From NCBI GenBank assembly GCA_965207225.1, contig CBDBLV010000005.1, forward strand, positions 1,792,001-1,856,000: DNA of 64,000 nt, written 5' to 3'. Both the position numbers and the translations under genes were made by a program. The first letter of the stretch is position 1, and the number at the start of each line of letters is the position of its first letter. This document shows, piece after piece, positions 47,699 to 57,950 of the stretch. Under the pieces are notes generated by a model that had not been told where the DNA came from, did not search any database, and saw only the letters and a list, made by a program, of their open reading frames with translations. The stretch is from Dehalococcoidia bacterium. GTDB lineage: Bacteria > Chloroflexota > Dehalococcoidia > Plut-88900.

Positions 47699-50600
47699 CT
47701 AGTCGTCGTCCACGATGGTCATGGTTCCCACGGCGTCGGGCGGGTAGAGGGTCCCGGGCAGGTACGCCTCCACCACGAAGTACTCGTCCGGCTCCTCATC
47801 GTCGTCGTACTCCAGCCACACCTCCGCCGTCAGCTCCGTCACCCCCGGCGCGAACACCAGCTCACCCTCCGTGTACTGATAGTCGGTCATGTGCGCCCGG
47901 TCGTCCAGCAGGTGGTACGCAGGCGCGGTGTTCCATCTGATCCTGATCTCCTCGGTGGACGCCTCGGACAGCCGCACCCGGAACTCCAGCACGTCGCCCT
48001 CCACCGCCGACGCGGCCTCGACGGTGACGGTTATCTCCACCTCAGGGGCCGCGTCGTCGTTGTCTGCCACGCCGACCGTGGCCGCGCCCTGGGTCGAGGA
48101 CACCGTGTAGCCGCTGCCCGCGTTCACCGTGGCCGTCACCGACCCGTCGGTCTCGTCAGTAGTATCGTCCGTGGTGCCGACGGTGAGGGTGACGCTGCCC
48201 GTGGTGGGTATCGTCACCGTGCGCCGGCCCGTGGTCGCGCCGTAGTCGCCGCTCTGGGAGACCGTGACGCTCACCGCCAGGTTGGACGCCGGGGCCGGGA
48301 TGGCCGTCACCGTGAAGACGGCGTCCCCGCCCTCGGTCACCCCGCTGCCAGCGGTGACGCTCACCACCGGCGTGGGGGCGTCGTCGTTGTCGGCCACGCC
48401 GACCGTGGCCGCGCCCTGGGACGAGGACACCGTGTAGCCGCTGCCCGCGTTCACCGTCGCGATGACCGAGCCGTCGGTCTCGTCAGTAGTATCGTCCGTG
48501 GTGCCGACGGTGAGGGTGACGCTGCCCGTGGTCGGGACGGTCACCGTGCGCTTCCCCGTGGTCGCGCCGTAGTCGCCGCTCTGGGACACCGTGACGCTCA
48601 CCGCCAGGCTGGACGCCGGGGCCGGGCTGGCCGTCACCGTGAAGCTGGCGGCACCGCCCTCGGTCACCCCGCTGCCCGCGGTGACGCTCACCACCGGCGT
48701 GGGGGCGTCGTCGTTGTCGGCCACGCCGACCGTGGCCGCGCCCTGGGACGAGGACACCGTGTAGCCGCTGCCCGCGTTCACCGTCGCGGTGACCGAGCCG
48801 TCGGTCTCGTCAGTAGTATCGTCGGTGGTGCCGACGGTGAGGGTGACGCTGCCCGAAGTCGGGACGGTCACCGTGCGCTGGCCTGTGGTCGCGCCGTAGT
48901 CGCCGCTCTGCGACACCGTGACGCTCACGTCCAGGTTGGACGCCGGGGCCGGGCTGGCCGTCACCGTGAAGACGACGTCGCCGCCCTCGGTCACCCCGCT
49001 GCCAGCGGTGACGCTCACCACCGGCGTGGGGGCGTCGTCGTTGTCGGACACCGCCACCGTGGCCGCGCCCTGGGACGAGGACACCGTGTAGCCGCTGCCC
49101 GCGTTCACCGTGGCCGTGACCGACCCGTCGGTCTCGTCAGTAGTATCGTCCGTGGTGCCCACGGTGAGGGTGACGCTGCCCGTGGTGGGTATCGTCACCG
49201 TCCGCTGGCCCGTGGTCGCGCCGTAGTCGCCGCTCTGCGAGACCGTGACGCTCACGTCCAGATTGGACGAAGGCGCCGGGCTGGCCGTCACCGTGAAGAC
49301 GGCGTCGCCGCCCTCGGTTATCCCGCTTCCAGCGGTGACGCTCACCTCAGGCGTGGGCGGCGGTGGCGTCTGCGCTGACGCCGCCTCCAGCGCCGTCAGC
49401 TCGGTCACCACCTCGTCCCACACGGGGCTGCTGTGTTTGTCCGCCATGTCCTGGGCCTCGGACGCCGTCATCGGGCCGCCCGTGACGCCGGCGCCGTCGT
49501 GCTCGCCGAAGGCGACGAGCACCCGGTTCCAACGGTTCACGTGGGCCGTCCCGTGCTGCGTCTGCGACGCCAGCTCCCTGACCTTCGCGATCACGTCCGG
49601 GTCCACCGTGTAGCCCGTCTGCTCCTCAACGACCGGGTCGTCGTTGTCTGCGACGCCGACCGTGGCAGCCCCCTGGGACGAGGACACCGTGTAGCCGCTG
49701 CCCGCGTTCACCGTGGCCGTCACCGACCCGTCGGTTTCGTCAGTAGTATCGTCCGTGGTGCCGACGGTGATGGTGACGCTGCCCGTGGTGGGGACGGTCA
49801 CCGTGCGCTGGCCCGTGGTCGCGCCGTAGTCGCCGCTCTGCGACACCGTGACGCTCACGTCGAGGTTGGCGGCGGGGGCGGGGTTTGCGCTGACGGTGAA
49901 GCTTGCGCTGCCGCCCTCGGTGATGCCGCCGCCCGCGCTGACGCTCACCACCGGCGTGGAGGCGTCGTCGTTGTCGGACACGGCCACCGTGGCCGCGCCC
50001 TGGGACGAGGACACCGTGTAGCCGCTGCCCGCGTTCACCGTCGCGGTGACCGAGCCGTCGGTCTCGTCGGCGTTATCGTCCGTGGTGCCCACGGTGAGGG
50101 TGACGCTGCCCGTGGTGGGTATCGTCACCGTGCGCTGGCCCGTGGCCGCGCCGTAGTCGCCGCTCTGGGACACCGTTACGCTCACGTCCAGGTTCGCGGT
50201 CGGGGCCGGGCTGGCCGTCACCGTGAAGACGGCGTCGCCGCCCTCGGTCACCCCGCTGCCAGCGGTGATACTCACCTCGGGCGTGGGCGGCGGCGGCGGC
50301 GTCTGCGCCGCGGCCGCTTCCAGGGCGGTCAGCTCGACGACCACCAGGTCCCAGACGGGGCTGCTGTGATTGTCGGCCATGTCCTGGGCCTCGGACGCCG
50401 TCATCGGGCCGCCGGTGACGCCGGTGCCGTCGTGCTCGCCGAAGGCCAGCAGCACCCGGTTCCAGCGGTTCACGTGGGCCGCGCCGTGCTGCGTCTGCGA
50501 CGCCAGCTCCTTGACCCTGGCGATCGTTCCCTGGTTGACCGTGTAGCCGCCGTCGTCGTCGGACACGACCACGACGGCCGTCCCCTGGGACGAGGACACC

Positions 50601-53600
50601 CGGTAGTCGAGGTTGGCGCTGGCGTCGACGGTGACCGTGACCGATCCGTCGGGCTCGTCCACCTCGTCGTTGGTGGTGGCCACCGTCAGCGCGGCGTAGC
50701 CCGCCGACGGGATGGTCACCGTCCGATGTTCCATGGATATCCCGGAGTCGTCGCTCTGCGACACCGTGACGCTCACGTCCAGGTCCGCAGCCGGGGCCGG
50801 GTTGGCGCTGACCGTGAAGGTCGCGTCCCCGCCCTCGGTCACGTTGCCGTCGGCGGTCACGCTGATCAGCGGCACGGACGTGTTGGGCGCGGGCGTCTCG
50901 AAGTCCACCGTGAAGGTCTTCGGCGTCGCGCCGGCGGCCAGGGTCCGCACGGTGATCTTGTCCAGCTGGGTCGTCCCGTGAAGGACGGAGACCACGTAGT
51001 GCGACTGCGGGTCGAGGCCGGTGAGCTGGTGCTCGGTGGCGGTGGTCGTGACTTCCGTCAGGACCGGGACGCCCGTGAAGCTCTCGTGCCAGACGACCAG
51101 GTAGGACGCGCCGTCCCCCTGCGGCTTCCAGGCGACGGTCGCCGTGGTGTCGGAGACGCGCTTGAGCTGCACCGGCGGCGGCGGCGGCAGGTCGTTGTTG
51201 GCGATATAGACCGAGGCGTAGCTCCTGAACCTGTTCAGCCGGTAGCCCTCGCCGAACTGCACCGTCGCGCCGAGCATCCCGTTGGAGCCCCAACCGGTGT
51301 CGTCGACGGTGGGGATGGTGAACGAGACGCTGCCGCCGGTGGGCACGTTGACCGTGCGCTCGCCCAGGTGCTGGGCGGCGACCACGGAGCCGGGGCCGGC
51401 CACGCCCACCCTGACGTCCAGCGGCGCGTCGGGCGCGGGGTTCACGGTGACCGTGTAGACCGCGTCCTCGCCCTCGGTGATGGTGCCGCCGGCGGCGCTG
51501 ATCGACACCTCGGGCACACGCTCCACGATGACCGACGTGGGCTCCGCCTCCACCGGCGAGCCCGCCGCAAGCGTGGTGAAGCGAATCACCGGGCTGGCGG
51601 TGCTCAGCTGCGTCGCGCCGTGGTCGGCGTAGTAGACCACCGCCCGGTACTCGGTGTCCGGCTCCAGGTGGCGGATGTTCCAGGCCGGGTCGTTGGGCTC
51701 GGCCCCGAACCAGGCCTCGTCGGCCGGGACGCCGGGGAAGGGCGACGTGGTGGACCAGTAGCGCACCTCGTAGCCCTCGGCGCCGACCACCTGAGGCCAG
51801 CTCAGGTCGATGCCCGTGTCGGACAGGTTGGCGTAGCTCAGGTCGCCCACGCGCTCCACCACCGGGTCCGGCAGGTCGCCCAGCAGCCGCTGGCAGCCCA
51901 CGCAGGAGCCCAGCGTGCGGTGGAAGCTGAAGCTGTCGGTGCGCACCGTCTTCGGCGGCGTCTCCGTCGAGATCTGGTTGTCGCTGCGCTCGTACAGCTT
52001 GTAGCCCTCGACCTGGAAGGTCACGTTGCCGACCACGTTGGCGCCGACGTGGACGTCGACCTGGACCGGCGTGCGGCCGACCGTGACCGAGCCGGCGCTG
52101 ACGGCAGAGTCAGTTCTGAAGGTGTGCAGGTGCGATGCGGCGGGGCTGGTGAACCAGACCCGGTGGGACCGGAAGTACTCCGACGTGCCGCTCCGCAACA
52201 GCGGCTCGGCGAAGTCGGCGCTGATGGAGAAGCGCTTGTCCTGGTCCGCCGGCGGGTCGTTCTTCGTCCGCACCCAGAAGTAGTGCGCCTTGCGCCCCGT
52301 GTTCAGCGAGGCCGGGAAGGCCAGATTGAGCCCGCCGTCCTCGATGGACGTCCAGGTGGTCCCGTCGTCGATGGAGAACTCCAGGGTCTGCTCCCACTCG
52401 TCGTCGTCCCTGATGATGAGCGGCACCTGCACCTCGGGGTAGTCGAAGCCTCCCACCTGGTACAGCACGCCATTTTCATAGAAGTTGTGGCCGACGGCGT
52501 GGGGCCGGTGGATCAGGAACGTCCCGTGGTCGAAGGCGTCGCTGTCCTGCCCCGCGGCGAGGCTCACCGGACGCCACTTGTTGGCGTCGCTCTCGTAGAC
52601 GGACTGCGACGAGAAGGGGCAGCCGTCGTGCCGGTCCAGCAGCGGGCCGGCGGTGCTGCCGTAGCCGAAATGAATCCCATCCCGGCCAAGCCCTTCGACG
52701 ATGGGGTCGCCCAGGTTGTAGGGGCTGCGGCTCCCGGTGTGGCACATCAGCCGGTCCCGGTCCGGTTTGCCCGGCCCGATGTAGCCGCCGTGGTGGCTGA
52801 GCGGCTCAGCCACCTGGCTGGCGACGTAGAAGTGCCGGCGCTCGTGGGGGTCCACCGCCTGCCACTGGTAGGTCACCGCCGGGCCGCCCTCGGTCAGCGT
52901 GATCGTCGGCGGCGGGTCGTGCCTGTTGTAGTTGGCGATCACCCAGCCCGTCGAGCACGTGTTGCCCGACACCGTGCCCGCGCAGGTGCGGAACTGCACG
53001 AAGGCGTCGGCGGCCCCCAGGTTCAGGCCGATCTTGAGCGCCTCGGAGTGGGTGCTCCAGGAGACGGCGGGGTTGGGGTAGAGCGACCAGGAACTGTGGC
53101 CGTCGCCGATGCTCCAGCCCTCGGGCAGGCGCAGGCCCCGCAGGCGCTCGGAGTTCGACGCGGTGGCGCGAAGGGTGTACGTGCTGTTGGGCTGCACGGA
53201 CGCGTCGTATACGTACACCCAGTAGGTGGTGTTCGGCTCCAGCCGCAGCCCCGAACCGTCGTCGCCCTGGTAGGTGAAGGTGAAGGTCCGATCGGCGCTG
53301 CCCACCGGCATGGAGGGGCGCGCCAGGTCGGCCAGGACGTCGGCGGCGGTACTGCCCGGCGAGCCGCCGGAGCCGGCCCAGATCTGTACCCTCAGATCAC
53401 GGGCGGCGTTGGAGTCGCCGATCTCGGCAAACTCGACGTCGACGCTGTTGAGGCGGTAGTGGCCGCCGTTCTTGCCCGTCGTGAACGACTGCGCGCGGTC
53501 ACGTACGGTACTGGCAGTCGTCACGGTCAACGCCGCGCCGTCCGCCTGGCCCAGGTTGCTCATCACCGCCGGCTCACCGGGCGGCGCGTTCACCGGCGTG

Positions 53601-56600
53601 GGCTCCACCCGGAACAGGGGCGAGATGCCGTAGAACGCGTGGTCCTGGGTGCTCGCGATGGTGTTGTAGCTGATGGGGCCGGTGTCCGCGTCGGTGGTCG
53701 AGAACCGTCCCCGCCGGGCGTTGCTGGCGCCCAGAGGGTTCGCCTCCTTCGCACCGTCGGTCCTGGTGCCCGTCCACGGCCAGTCGTTCGAGGTGCTCCT
53801 CTCGCCGCTCTCGAAGCGCCGGTCCGCCATCGCCCAGTTCTCCCAGGTGTCGGACCAGAAGCCGGCGTTGTTCGCCGCGACGCGCTCGCCGTTCAGCCAC
53901 CAGACCTCCGCGTCCGTGTGCCCGGCGTTGTTGGGGTTGGTCCGGGTGTGGTCCCGGGCGTCCACCGCGGCGGTGGAGCCCACCACCCGGAAGTGGTCGG
54001 CGTAGCGCCGGACGGCGGCGTGCCCGTCGCGGGCCGCCTCCCGCACGTGGGCGTCGTAGACGCCGATGTCGGCGGCGGTGGCGTCGCGGTGGTCTTCGGT
54101 CATGAACAGCAGCCGGAACGTCTCGCCCGCGCCCAGACCGAGCGGCTTCAGCGGCCAGTCGAAGGGCACGGTGTAGGAACCGTCCGCGTGGGGCAGCAGC
54201 CGGCCGTTGACTCCCATCGACAGAGTGGAGCCGCCGACCAGGGTGATCCAGTTGCCGCCCCCCTGCGCGCGGATGCGAGCGTCGTTGTTGATGCTCCAGC
54301 CGGGCGCCGCGCCCTCGTCCTCGGAGTTGCTCTGCGTGAACTTCACCTGGCTGTTGCCTTCCGTGAGTCCGGCTGCGTCCAGCACGACCCAGTAGCGGGT
54401 GTCCGCCTCGAGCGCGACGCCCGGGTGCGTGAAGCTGTACGTGCCGGCCTGCCGGTTCACGAAGGCGGGATTGGCCAGGGTCCCCACGACCGTGCCGGGA
54501 GCCCCGTTGGCACCTTTGTGGACGGTGACCGTCAGCTTGGAGCCGAAGTCCTCGGTGGACCGGTTGAAGGCCACGTCCACGCTGGTCAGGGTGTACCCCG
54601 AGGGGTTGCCGCCGGTGTCGAAACCCTGCGCCAGGTCCACGTGCAGGCCCTGCACCAGGCCGCTCGACTGGCCGGTGTTCTTCACCAGCGCCGGGTCGTC
54701 GTCCCGCACCCGGACCGTCGCCGTCCCCAGCGACGTGGCCAGGTCGTAGTCCGACCCGTCCACCAGCGTCACCGTGACCGAGCCGTGGGCTTCGTCCACG
54801 TCGTCGCCGGTGGTGGGGATCTCCAGCGTCGCGGTGCCCGAGTCCGGGATGGTGACGCTGGTGGGCAGGGTCCCGTACCCGAAGTCCCCGGTCGTGGCCA
54901 CCGTCACGCTCACCGGCAGGTCCGCCGTGGGCGCCGGGACCGCCGTCAGCGTGAAGCTGGCGCTGACGCCCTCGGTGACGGCGCCGCCGCCAAGGATGCT
55001 CACCCTCGACGGCCGCGGCTTGCTGACGCCGTCGAGGCTGATCTTCAGTGACGATACGTTGGGGGTCCACGCGCCCGTCGAGGAAGCCGTTCTCGTCCCA
55101 GCGCCGTCGGCGATGCTCCAGCCGGCCAGGCCCCCGCCGTCCTCGGCGTCCGAACCCGTCAGGCGTACCCTCGAAGAACTCTGGCCAGCGTCCATGTCGA
55201 TCACGAGGAAGTAGGTGGCGCTCCCCTCAAGGTCGATGCCCGCGCTGCTGGTGAAGGTCAGCGTCTGGTCCGAGGTGGAGGCGGGGAAGCTGGCGGGGTT
55301 GGTCAGGGTCCCCAGCGAGCTGCCCGGAGACCCGCCGGAGGCGGCGTGGATGCTGGCGGTCAGCGCCGAGGAGCTGAAGGCGCTGTCGATGGTGGAGAAC
55401 TCCACGTCGACGCTGTGCAGGGTGTAGCCGAAGCTGTTGGAGCCGCTGGTGAACGCCTGGTGGAAGTCATTGCCCAGAAACGAGGTGCCTCCGTCCGCCT
55501 GGCCGGTGTTGGCGACGAAGGTCTCCGTCTCGACCGTCTCGACGGCCGTGCCGTGGATGGTCATCTTGCGGGACTGGCTGAACGAGGTCCAGGCGCCCGA
55601 GGTGTTCCAGGTCCGGTAGTGGCCGTCGTCGGCGATGGTCCAGCCGTCCGCGCCGCCGGCGTCCTCGGCGTCCGACGCGGTGTTCTGGATGGTGTTGGCG
55701 CCGGGCAACAGGACCAGCGTGACGTCCAGCACCGCCCAGTACGTGGTGTTCGCCGCGAGCGCCACGCCCGAGTGCGTGAAGCTGTTCGTGCCCGCGGCGA
55801 TCGTGCCGGGCTTGGTCAGGGTGGCGACCACCGCGCCCGGCGCTCCGCCGCTGTCGCTTCTGATCTCGGCAGCCAGCTTCCCCGCCAGCGCGCCGTCGTT
55901 GATTTGCGGAAACGAGAAGTCGACGCCCGTCAGGGTGTACCCGCCGGCGTTGGCGCCCGTCGTGAACGCCTGCGCGTGGTCGTGCTGTACGAAGTTGCCG
56001 GTGCCGCCGTTCGCCTGCCCGAAGTTGCTCACCAGCGGCGACGGCGTCTTGCTGATACCGCCGAGGCTGAGTTTCATTGACGAGGCGAAGGTGCTCCACG
56101 CGCCCGTTGTGTTCCACGCTCGTCTCGAGAAACCGTCGCCGATGCTCCAGCCGGCCTGGCCTCCGCCGTCCTCGCTGTCCGAACCCGTTAGGCGCATCAA
56201 CGAAGCAGACTCGGCACTGCTTAGATCGATCACCAGGAAGTACGTGGTGTTCGCCTCAAGGTCGATGCCCGTGCTCGTGAAGGTCAGCGTCTGGTCCGAA
56301 CTGGAGACGGGAAAGCTGGCGGGGTTGGTCAGGGTCCCGAGGGAGCTGCCCGGAGACCCGCCGGAGTCGGCGTGAATGCTGGCGGTGAGGGACGAAGAGC
56401 TGAAGCCGCTGGCGATAGCGGCGAATTCCACGCCGACGCTGCGCAGGCTGTAGCCCGCGCTGTTGCTGCCGGTGGTGAACGCCTGGGCGAAATCATATTC
56501 CAAATGTGTCCCAGCTAGGCTTGACTGACCGGTGTTGGCGACGAAGGTCTGCGTCGCCTGCTGCGCAGAGGCTGTTTCAGTCCCTCCAGACAGCAGCACG

Positions 56601-56656
56601 AACAGCGCCGCCGCCAGCAGGGTCAACGTGAGGAAGGTTCTGGCGGGGCGCCTCAA
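47699..56656 (-). CDS. Giant secreted adhesin-like protein (~2985 aa) with AQxFTTG beta-sandwich repeats, Calx-beta-like repeats, FN3-like domains
   Basis: Signal peptide ending ETASA; 5 AQ.F.TG..Y.L..V domains; ~10 TEG..A.FTV...DD..DE.DG units; true start may be ATG 56714 (see findings). Confidence 0.88.
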   Translation of the reverse strand: MRRPARTFLTLTLLAAALFVLLSGGTETASAQQATQTFVANTGQSSLAGTHLEYDFAQAFTTGSNSAGYSLRSVGVEFAAIASGFSSSSLTASIHADSGGSPGSSLGTLTNPASFPVSSSDQTLTFTSTGIDLEANTTYFLVIDLSSAESASLMRLTGSDSEDGGGQAGWSIGDGFSRRAWNTTGAWSTFASSMKLSLGGISKTPSPLVSNFGQANGGTGNFVQHDHAQAFTTGANAGGYTLTGVDFSFPQINDGALAGKLAAEIRSDSGGAPGAVVATLTKPGTIAAGTNSFTHSGVALAANTTYWAVLDVTLVLLPGANTIQNTASDAEDAGGADGWTIADDGHYRTWNTSGAWTSFSQSRKMTIHGTAVETVETETFVANTGQADGGTSFLGNDFHQAFTSGSNSFGYTLHSVDVEFSTIDSAFSSSALTASIHAASGGSPGSSLGTLTNPASFPASTSDQTLTFTSSAGIDLEGSATYFLVIDMDAGQSSSRVRLTGSDAEDGGGLAGWSIADGAGTRTASSTGAWTPNVSSLKISLDGVSKPRPSRVSILGGGAVTEGVSASFTLTAVPAPTADLPVSVTVATTGDFGYGTLPTSVTIPDSGTATLEIPTTGDDVDEAHGSVTVTLVDGSDYDLATSLGTATVRVRDDDPALVKNTGQSSGLVQGLHVDLAQGFDTGGNPSGYTLTSVDVAFNRSTEDFGSKLTVTVHKGANGAPGTVVGTLANPAFVNRQAGTYSFTHPGVALEADTRYWVVLDAAGLTEGNSQVKFTQSNSEDEGAAPGWSINNDARIRAQGGGNWITLVGGSTLSMGVNGRLLPHADGSYTVPFDWPLKPLGLGAGETFRLLFMTEDHRDATAADIGVYDAHVREAARDGHAAVRRYADHFRVVGSTAAVDARDHTRTNPNNAGHTDAEVWWLNGERVAANNAGFWSDTWENWAMADRRFESGERSTSNDWPWTGTRTDGAKEANPLGASNARRGRFSTTDADTGPISYNTIASTQDHAFYGISPLFRVEPTPVNAPPGEPAVMSNLGQADGAALTVTTASTVRDRAQSFTTGKNGGHYRLNSVDVEFAEIGDSNAARDLRVQIWAGSGGSPGSTAADVLADLARPSMPVGSADRTFTFTYQGDDGSGLRLEPNTTYWVYVYDASVQPNSTYTLRATASNSERLRGLRLPEGWSIGDGHSSWSLYPNPAVSWSTHSEALKIGLNLGAADAFVQFRTCAGTVSGNTCSTGWVIANYNRHDPPPTITLTEGGPAVTYQWQAVDPHERRHFYVASQVAEPLSHHGGYIGPGKPDRDRLMCHTGSRSPYNLGDPIVEGLGRDGIHFGYGSTAGPLLDRHDGCPFSSQSVYESDANKWRPVSLAAGQDSDAFDHGTFLIHRPHAVGHNFYENGVLYQVGGFDYPEVQVPLIIRDDDEWEQTLEFSIDDGTTWTSIEDGGLNLAFPASLNTGRKAHYFWVRTKNDPPADQDKRFSISADFAEPLLRSGTSEYFRSHRVWFTSPAASHLHTFRTDSAVSAGSVTVGRTPVQVDVHVGANVVGNVTFQVEGYKLYERSDNQISTETPPKTVRTDSFSFHRTLGSCVGCQRLLGDLPDPVVERVGDLSYANLSDTGIDLSWPQVVGAEGYEVRYWSTTSPFPGVPADEAWFGAEPNDPAWNIRHLEPDTEYRAVVYYADHGATQLSTASPVIRFTTLAAGSPVEAEPTSVIVERVPEVSISAAGGTITEGEDAVYTVTVNPAPDAPLDVRVGVAGPGSVVAAQHLGERTVNVPTGGSVSFTIPTVDDTGWGSNGMLGATVQFGEGYRLNRFRSYASVYIANNDLPPPPPVQLKRVSDTTATVAWKPQGDGASYLVVWHESFTGVPVLTEVTTTATEHQLTGLDPQSHYVVSVLHGTTQLDKITVRTLAAGATPKTFTVDFETPAPNTSVPLISVTADGNVTEGGDATFTVSANPAPAADLDVSVTVSQSDDSGISMEHRTVTIPSAGYAALTVATTNDEVDEPDGSVTVTVDASANLDYRVSSSQGTAVVVVSDDDGGYTVNQGTIARVKELASQTQHGAAHVNRWNRVLLAFGEHDGTGVTGGPMTASEAQDMADNHSSPVWDLVVVELTALEAAAAQTPPPPPTPEVSITAGSGVTEGGDAVFTVTASPAPTANLDVSVTVSQSGDYGAATGQRTVTIPTTGSVTLTVGTTDDNADETDGSVTATVNAGSGYTVSSSQGAATVAVSDNDDASTPVVSVSAGGGITEGGSASFTVSANPAPAANLDVSVTVSQSGDYGATTGQRTVTVPTTGSVTITVGTTDDTTDETDGSVTATVNAGSGYTVSSSQGAATVGVADNDDPVVEEQTGYTVDPDVIAKVRELASQTQHGTAHVNRWNRVLVAFGEHDGAGVTGGPMTASEAQDMADKHSSPVWDEVVTELTALEAASAQTPPPPTPEVSVTAGSGITEGGDAVFTVTASPAPSSNLDVSVTVSQSGDYGATTGQRTVTIPTTGSVTLTVGTTDDTTDETDGSVTATVNAGSGYTVSSSQGAATVAVSDNDDAPTPVVSVTAGSGVTEGGDVVFTVTASPAPASNLDVSVTVSQSGDYGATTGQRTVTVPTSGSVTLTVGTTDDTTDETDGSVTATVNAGSGYTVSSSQGAATVGVADNDDAPTPVVSVTAGSGVTEGGAASFTVTASPAPASSLAVSVTVSQSGDYGATTGKRTVTVPTTGSVTLTVGTTDDTTDETDGSVIATVNAGSGYTVSSSQGAATVGVADNDDAPTPVVSVTAGSGVTEGGDAVFTVTAIPAPASNLAVSVTVSQSGDYGATTGRRTVTIPTTGSVTLTVGTTDDTTDETDGSVTATVNAGSGYTVSSTQGAATVGVADNDDAAPEVEITVTVEAASAVEGDVLEFRVRLSEASTEEIRIRWNTAPAYHLLDDRAHMTDYQYTEGELVFAPGVTELTAEVWLEYDDDEEPDEYFVVEAYLPGTLYPPDAVGTMTIVDDD
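48051..50288 (-). repeat. 327-bp (109-aa) near-identical intragenic repeats, 4 tandem + 2 tandem
   Basis: GCGTCGTCGTTGTC anchor at 48051, 48378, 48705, 49032; further units near 49636 and 49962. Confidence 0.92.
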
Positions 56657-56679
56657 TGAAAGAGAACCCCACGAAATGC

Positions 56680-56689
56680 GGGGGGGGGG
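56680..56689 (-). repeat. C10 homopolymer in the 5' end of the adhesin gene
   Basis: G10 on + strand, between AGGAGG-ATG (56714) and the long ORF. Confidence 0.9.
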
Positions 56690-56959
56690 TGAAGCTCCGC
56701 AGCGCGTTGGTCATGTCGTCGAACCTCCTGTGTCGCCCGACTTATGCCGCGACGCCGTGCGGGCGCTGGATCAGTAGTATTTCTAGCTCATGTCAATATG
56801 TGTCGCAAGCGACCAGCAGATATCATCCGCCAATCTGGGGTTGGTTGTCAATGGGGTCCGGGTTGGATTGGGGACGGAAAGGGCGGGCGGAGCGCAGCAA
56901 CATACCGTGTGGGGACTGGCGGACAAGGGCGACTTGGCGAGACCCCTCGGAGGCAGTCG

Positions 56960-57334
56960 TTACTGTGGCGTAGCCTGGATGAGGACGCGTCCGCCTCTCT
57001 GGACCCGGATATTCAGGTCGTGGTCATCCAGCAGCCTCATGCCGACCAGTGGAGTGGAATCGGCGGCGCTGGCCCTGGTGTTCCGCAGGCTGTCGTCCCA
57101 CAGCACGGCGACGTCATAGACATCGAAGAAAGCTTCGCTACCGTCGGCCAGAATTGCACGGCTTCGGTCCCGATAGGCCAAGCCCAACTCCCTCACCAGG
57201 TCTGAGGGCAGGGTCAGGAAGCCATTGTATCCCGTGTCTATTACGGCTTCGACTTCCCGTGACCGGCCCGTCGGCCCTTGCACTGTAAGACCGACGACGG
57301 CTTCGTAGGCGGTGTTCACCGTTCCATGGATCAC
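56960..57334 (-). CDS. Clan AA (retropepsin-like) aspartic protease, AF_0612-like
   Basis: AVIDTGYNG.L.LP, LADG, PLVGM.LL; GTGA overlap. Confidence 0.88.
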   Translation of the reverse strand: MIHGTVNTAYEAVVGLTVQGPTGRSREVEAVIDTGYNGFLTLPSDLVRELGLAYRDRSRAILADGSEAFFDVYDVAVLWDDSLRNTRASAADSTPLVGMRLLDDHDLNIRVQRGGRVLIQATPQ

Positions 57335-57648
57335 TCAGTCCTCCGCAGCGATCCGCCCCCAAAGCTGTAGAGCGCCCTATAGCCGACCCGCAGGCACCAA
57401 ACGTCATAGGCGTCGGGCCGCTGGGATTGCAGCCGGTCCGTAGCGGCAATCTCGTCCGCTCCAATAGCCCAGCTTCCACTCTCCACGTCTATGGCGACGA
57501 CCTCTCCAACATGGTCCTCCTCGACCTGCCGCCGGATGTCTCGCTCGTATATCTGGTCGCCCAACCGCGCCGTCTCTTCTTTAGGACGGCTCGGCGGTGT
57601 CGTGGGCTTGGCGCGCTGGCTGGGTACCGAAGTCTCTGCGTCTCTCAT
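57331..57648 (-). CDS. Small conserved protein (DUF5678-like) coupled to the protease
   Basis: G..IYE..IR..VE..H.G.VVAIDV.SG...RVG; GGAGGAGG RBS before ATG 57648. Confidence 0.7.
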   Translation of the reverse strand: MRDAETSVPSQRAKPTTPPSRPKEETARLGDQIYERDIRRQVEEDHVGEVVAIDVESGSWAIGADEIAATDRLQSQRPDAYDVWCLRVGYRALYSFGGGSLRRTE

Positions 57649-57889
57649 GCCTCCTCCCTTCAATGAGCGTTCCCTCGTTCCTAATTCTACCACTCTGCGG
57701 GAGATCCGGACAGCCAGAAAGGGCGGTGCCACAGGGGAAGACAGACCAACCAGCTATGGCCTATACTGCGAGCCTACAGACTTCCCAGTCGCATCTCGAA
57801 AACGGTTCTGCCTACCGTCAAAATAGGCCCACCAAACATTTCACCATGCCCGCGGACCGATGTGCGTCGTCGTCGTTGCGCCGCGTGGA

Positions 57890-57950
57890 AGGTCTCACCT
57901 ACATCTTCACCGAACCCCGCGTCGGCTACAGGATACCCAAGAGGGAGGGG
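57890..57950 (+). pseudogene. C-terminal scrap of OmpR/KdpE-type winged-helix regulator
   Basis: TYIFTEPRVGYRIPK with no upstream domain. Confidence 0.55.

Noticed and set aside
49433-55051. 1872-aa + strand ORF (also 47360..49378)
   Set aside because: Antisense shadow of the high-GC3 adhesin gene; Arg/Gly/Val-rich with no domains
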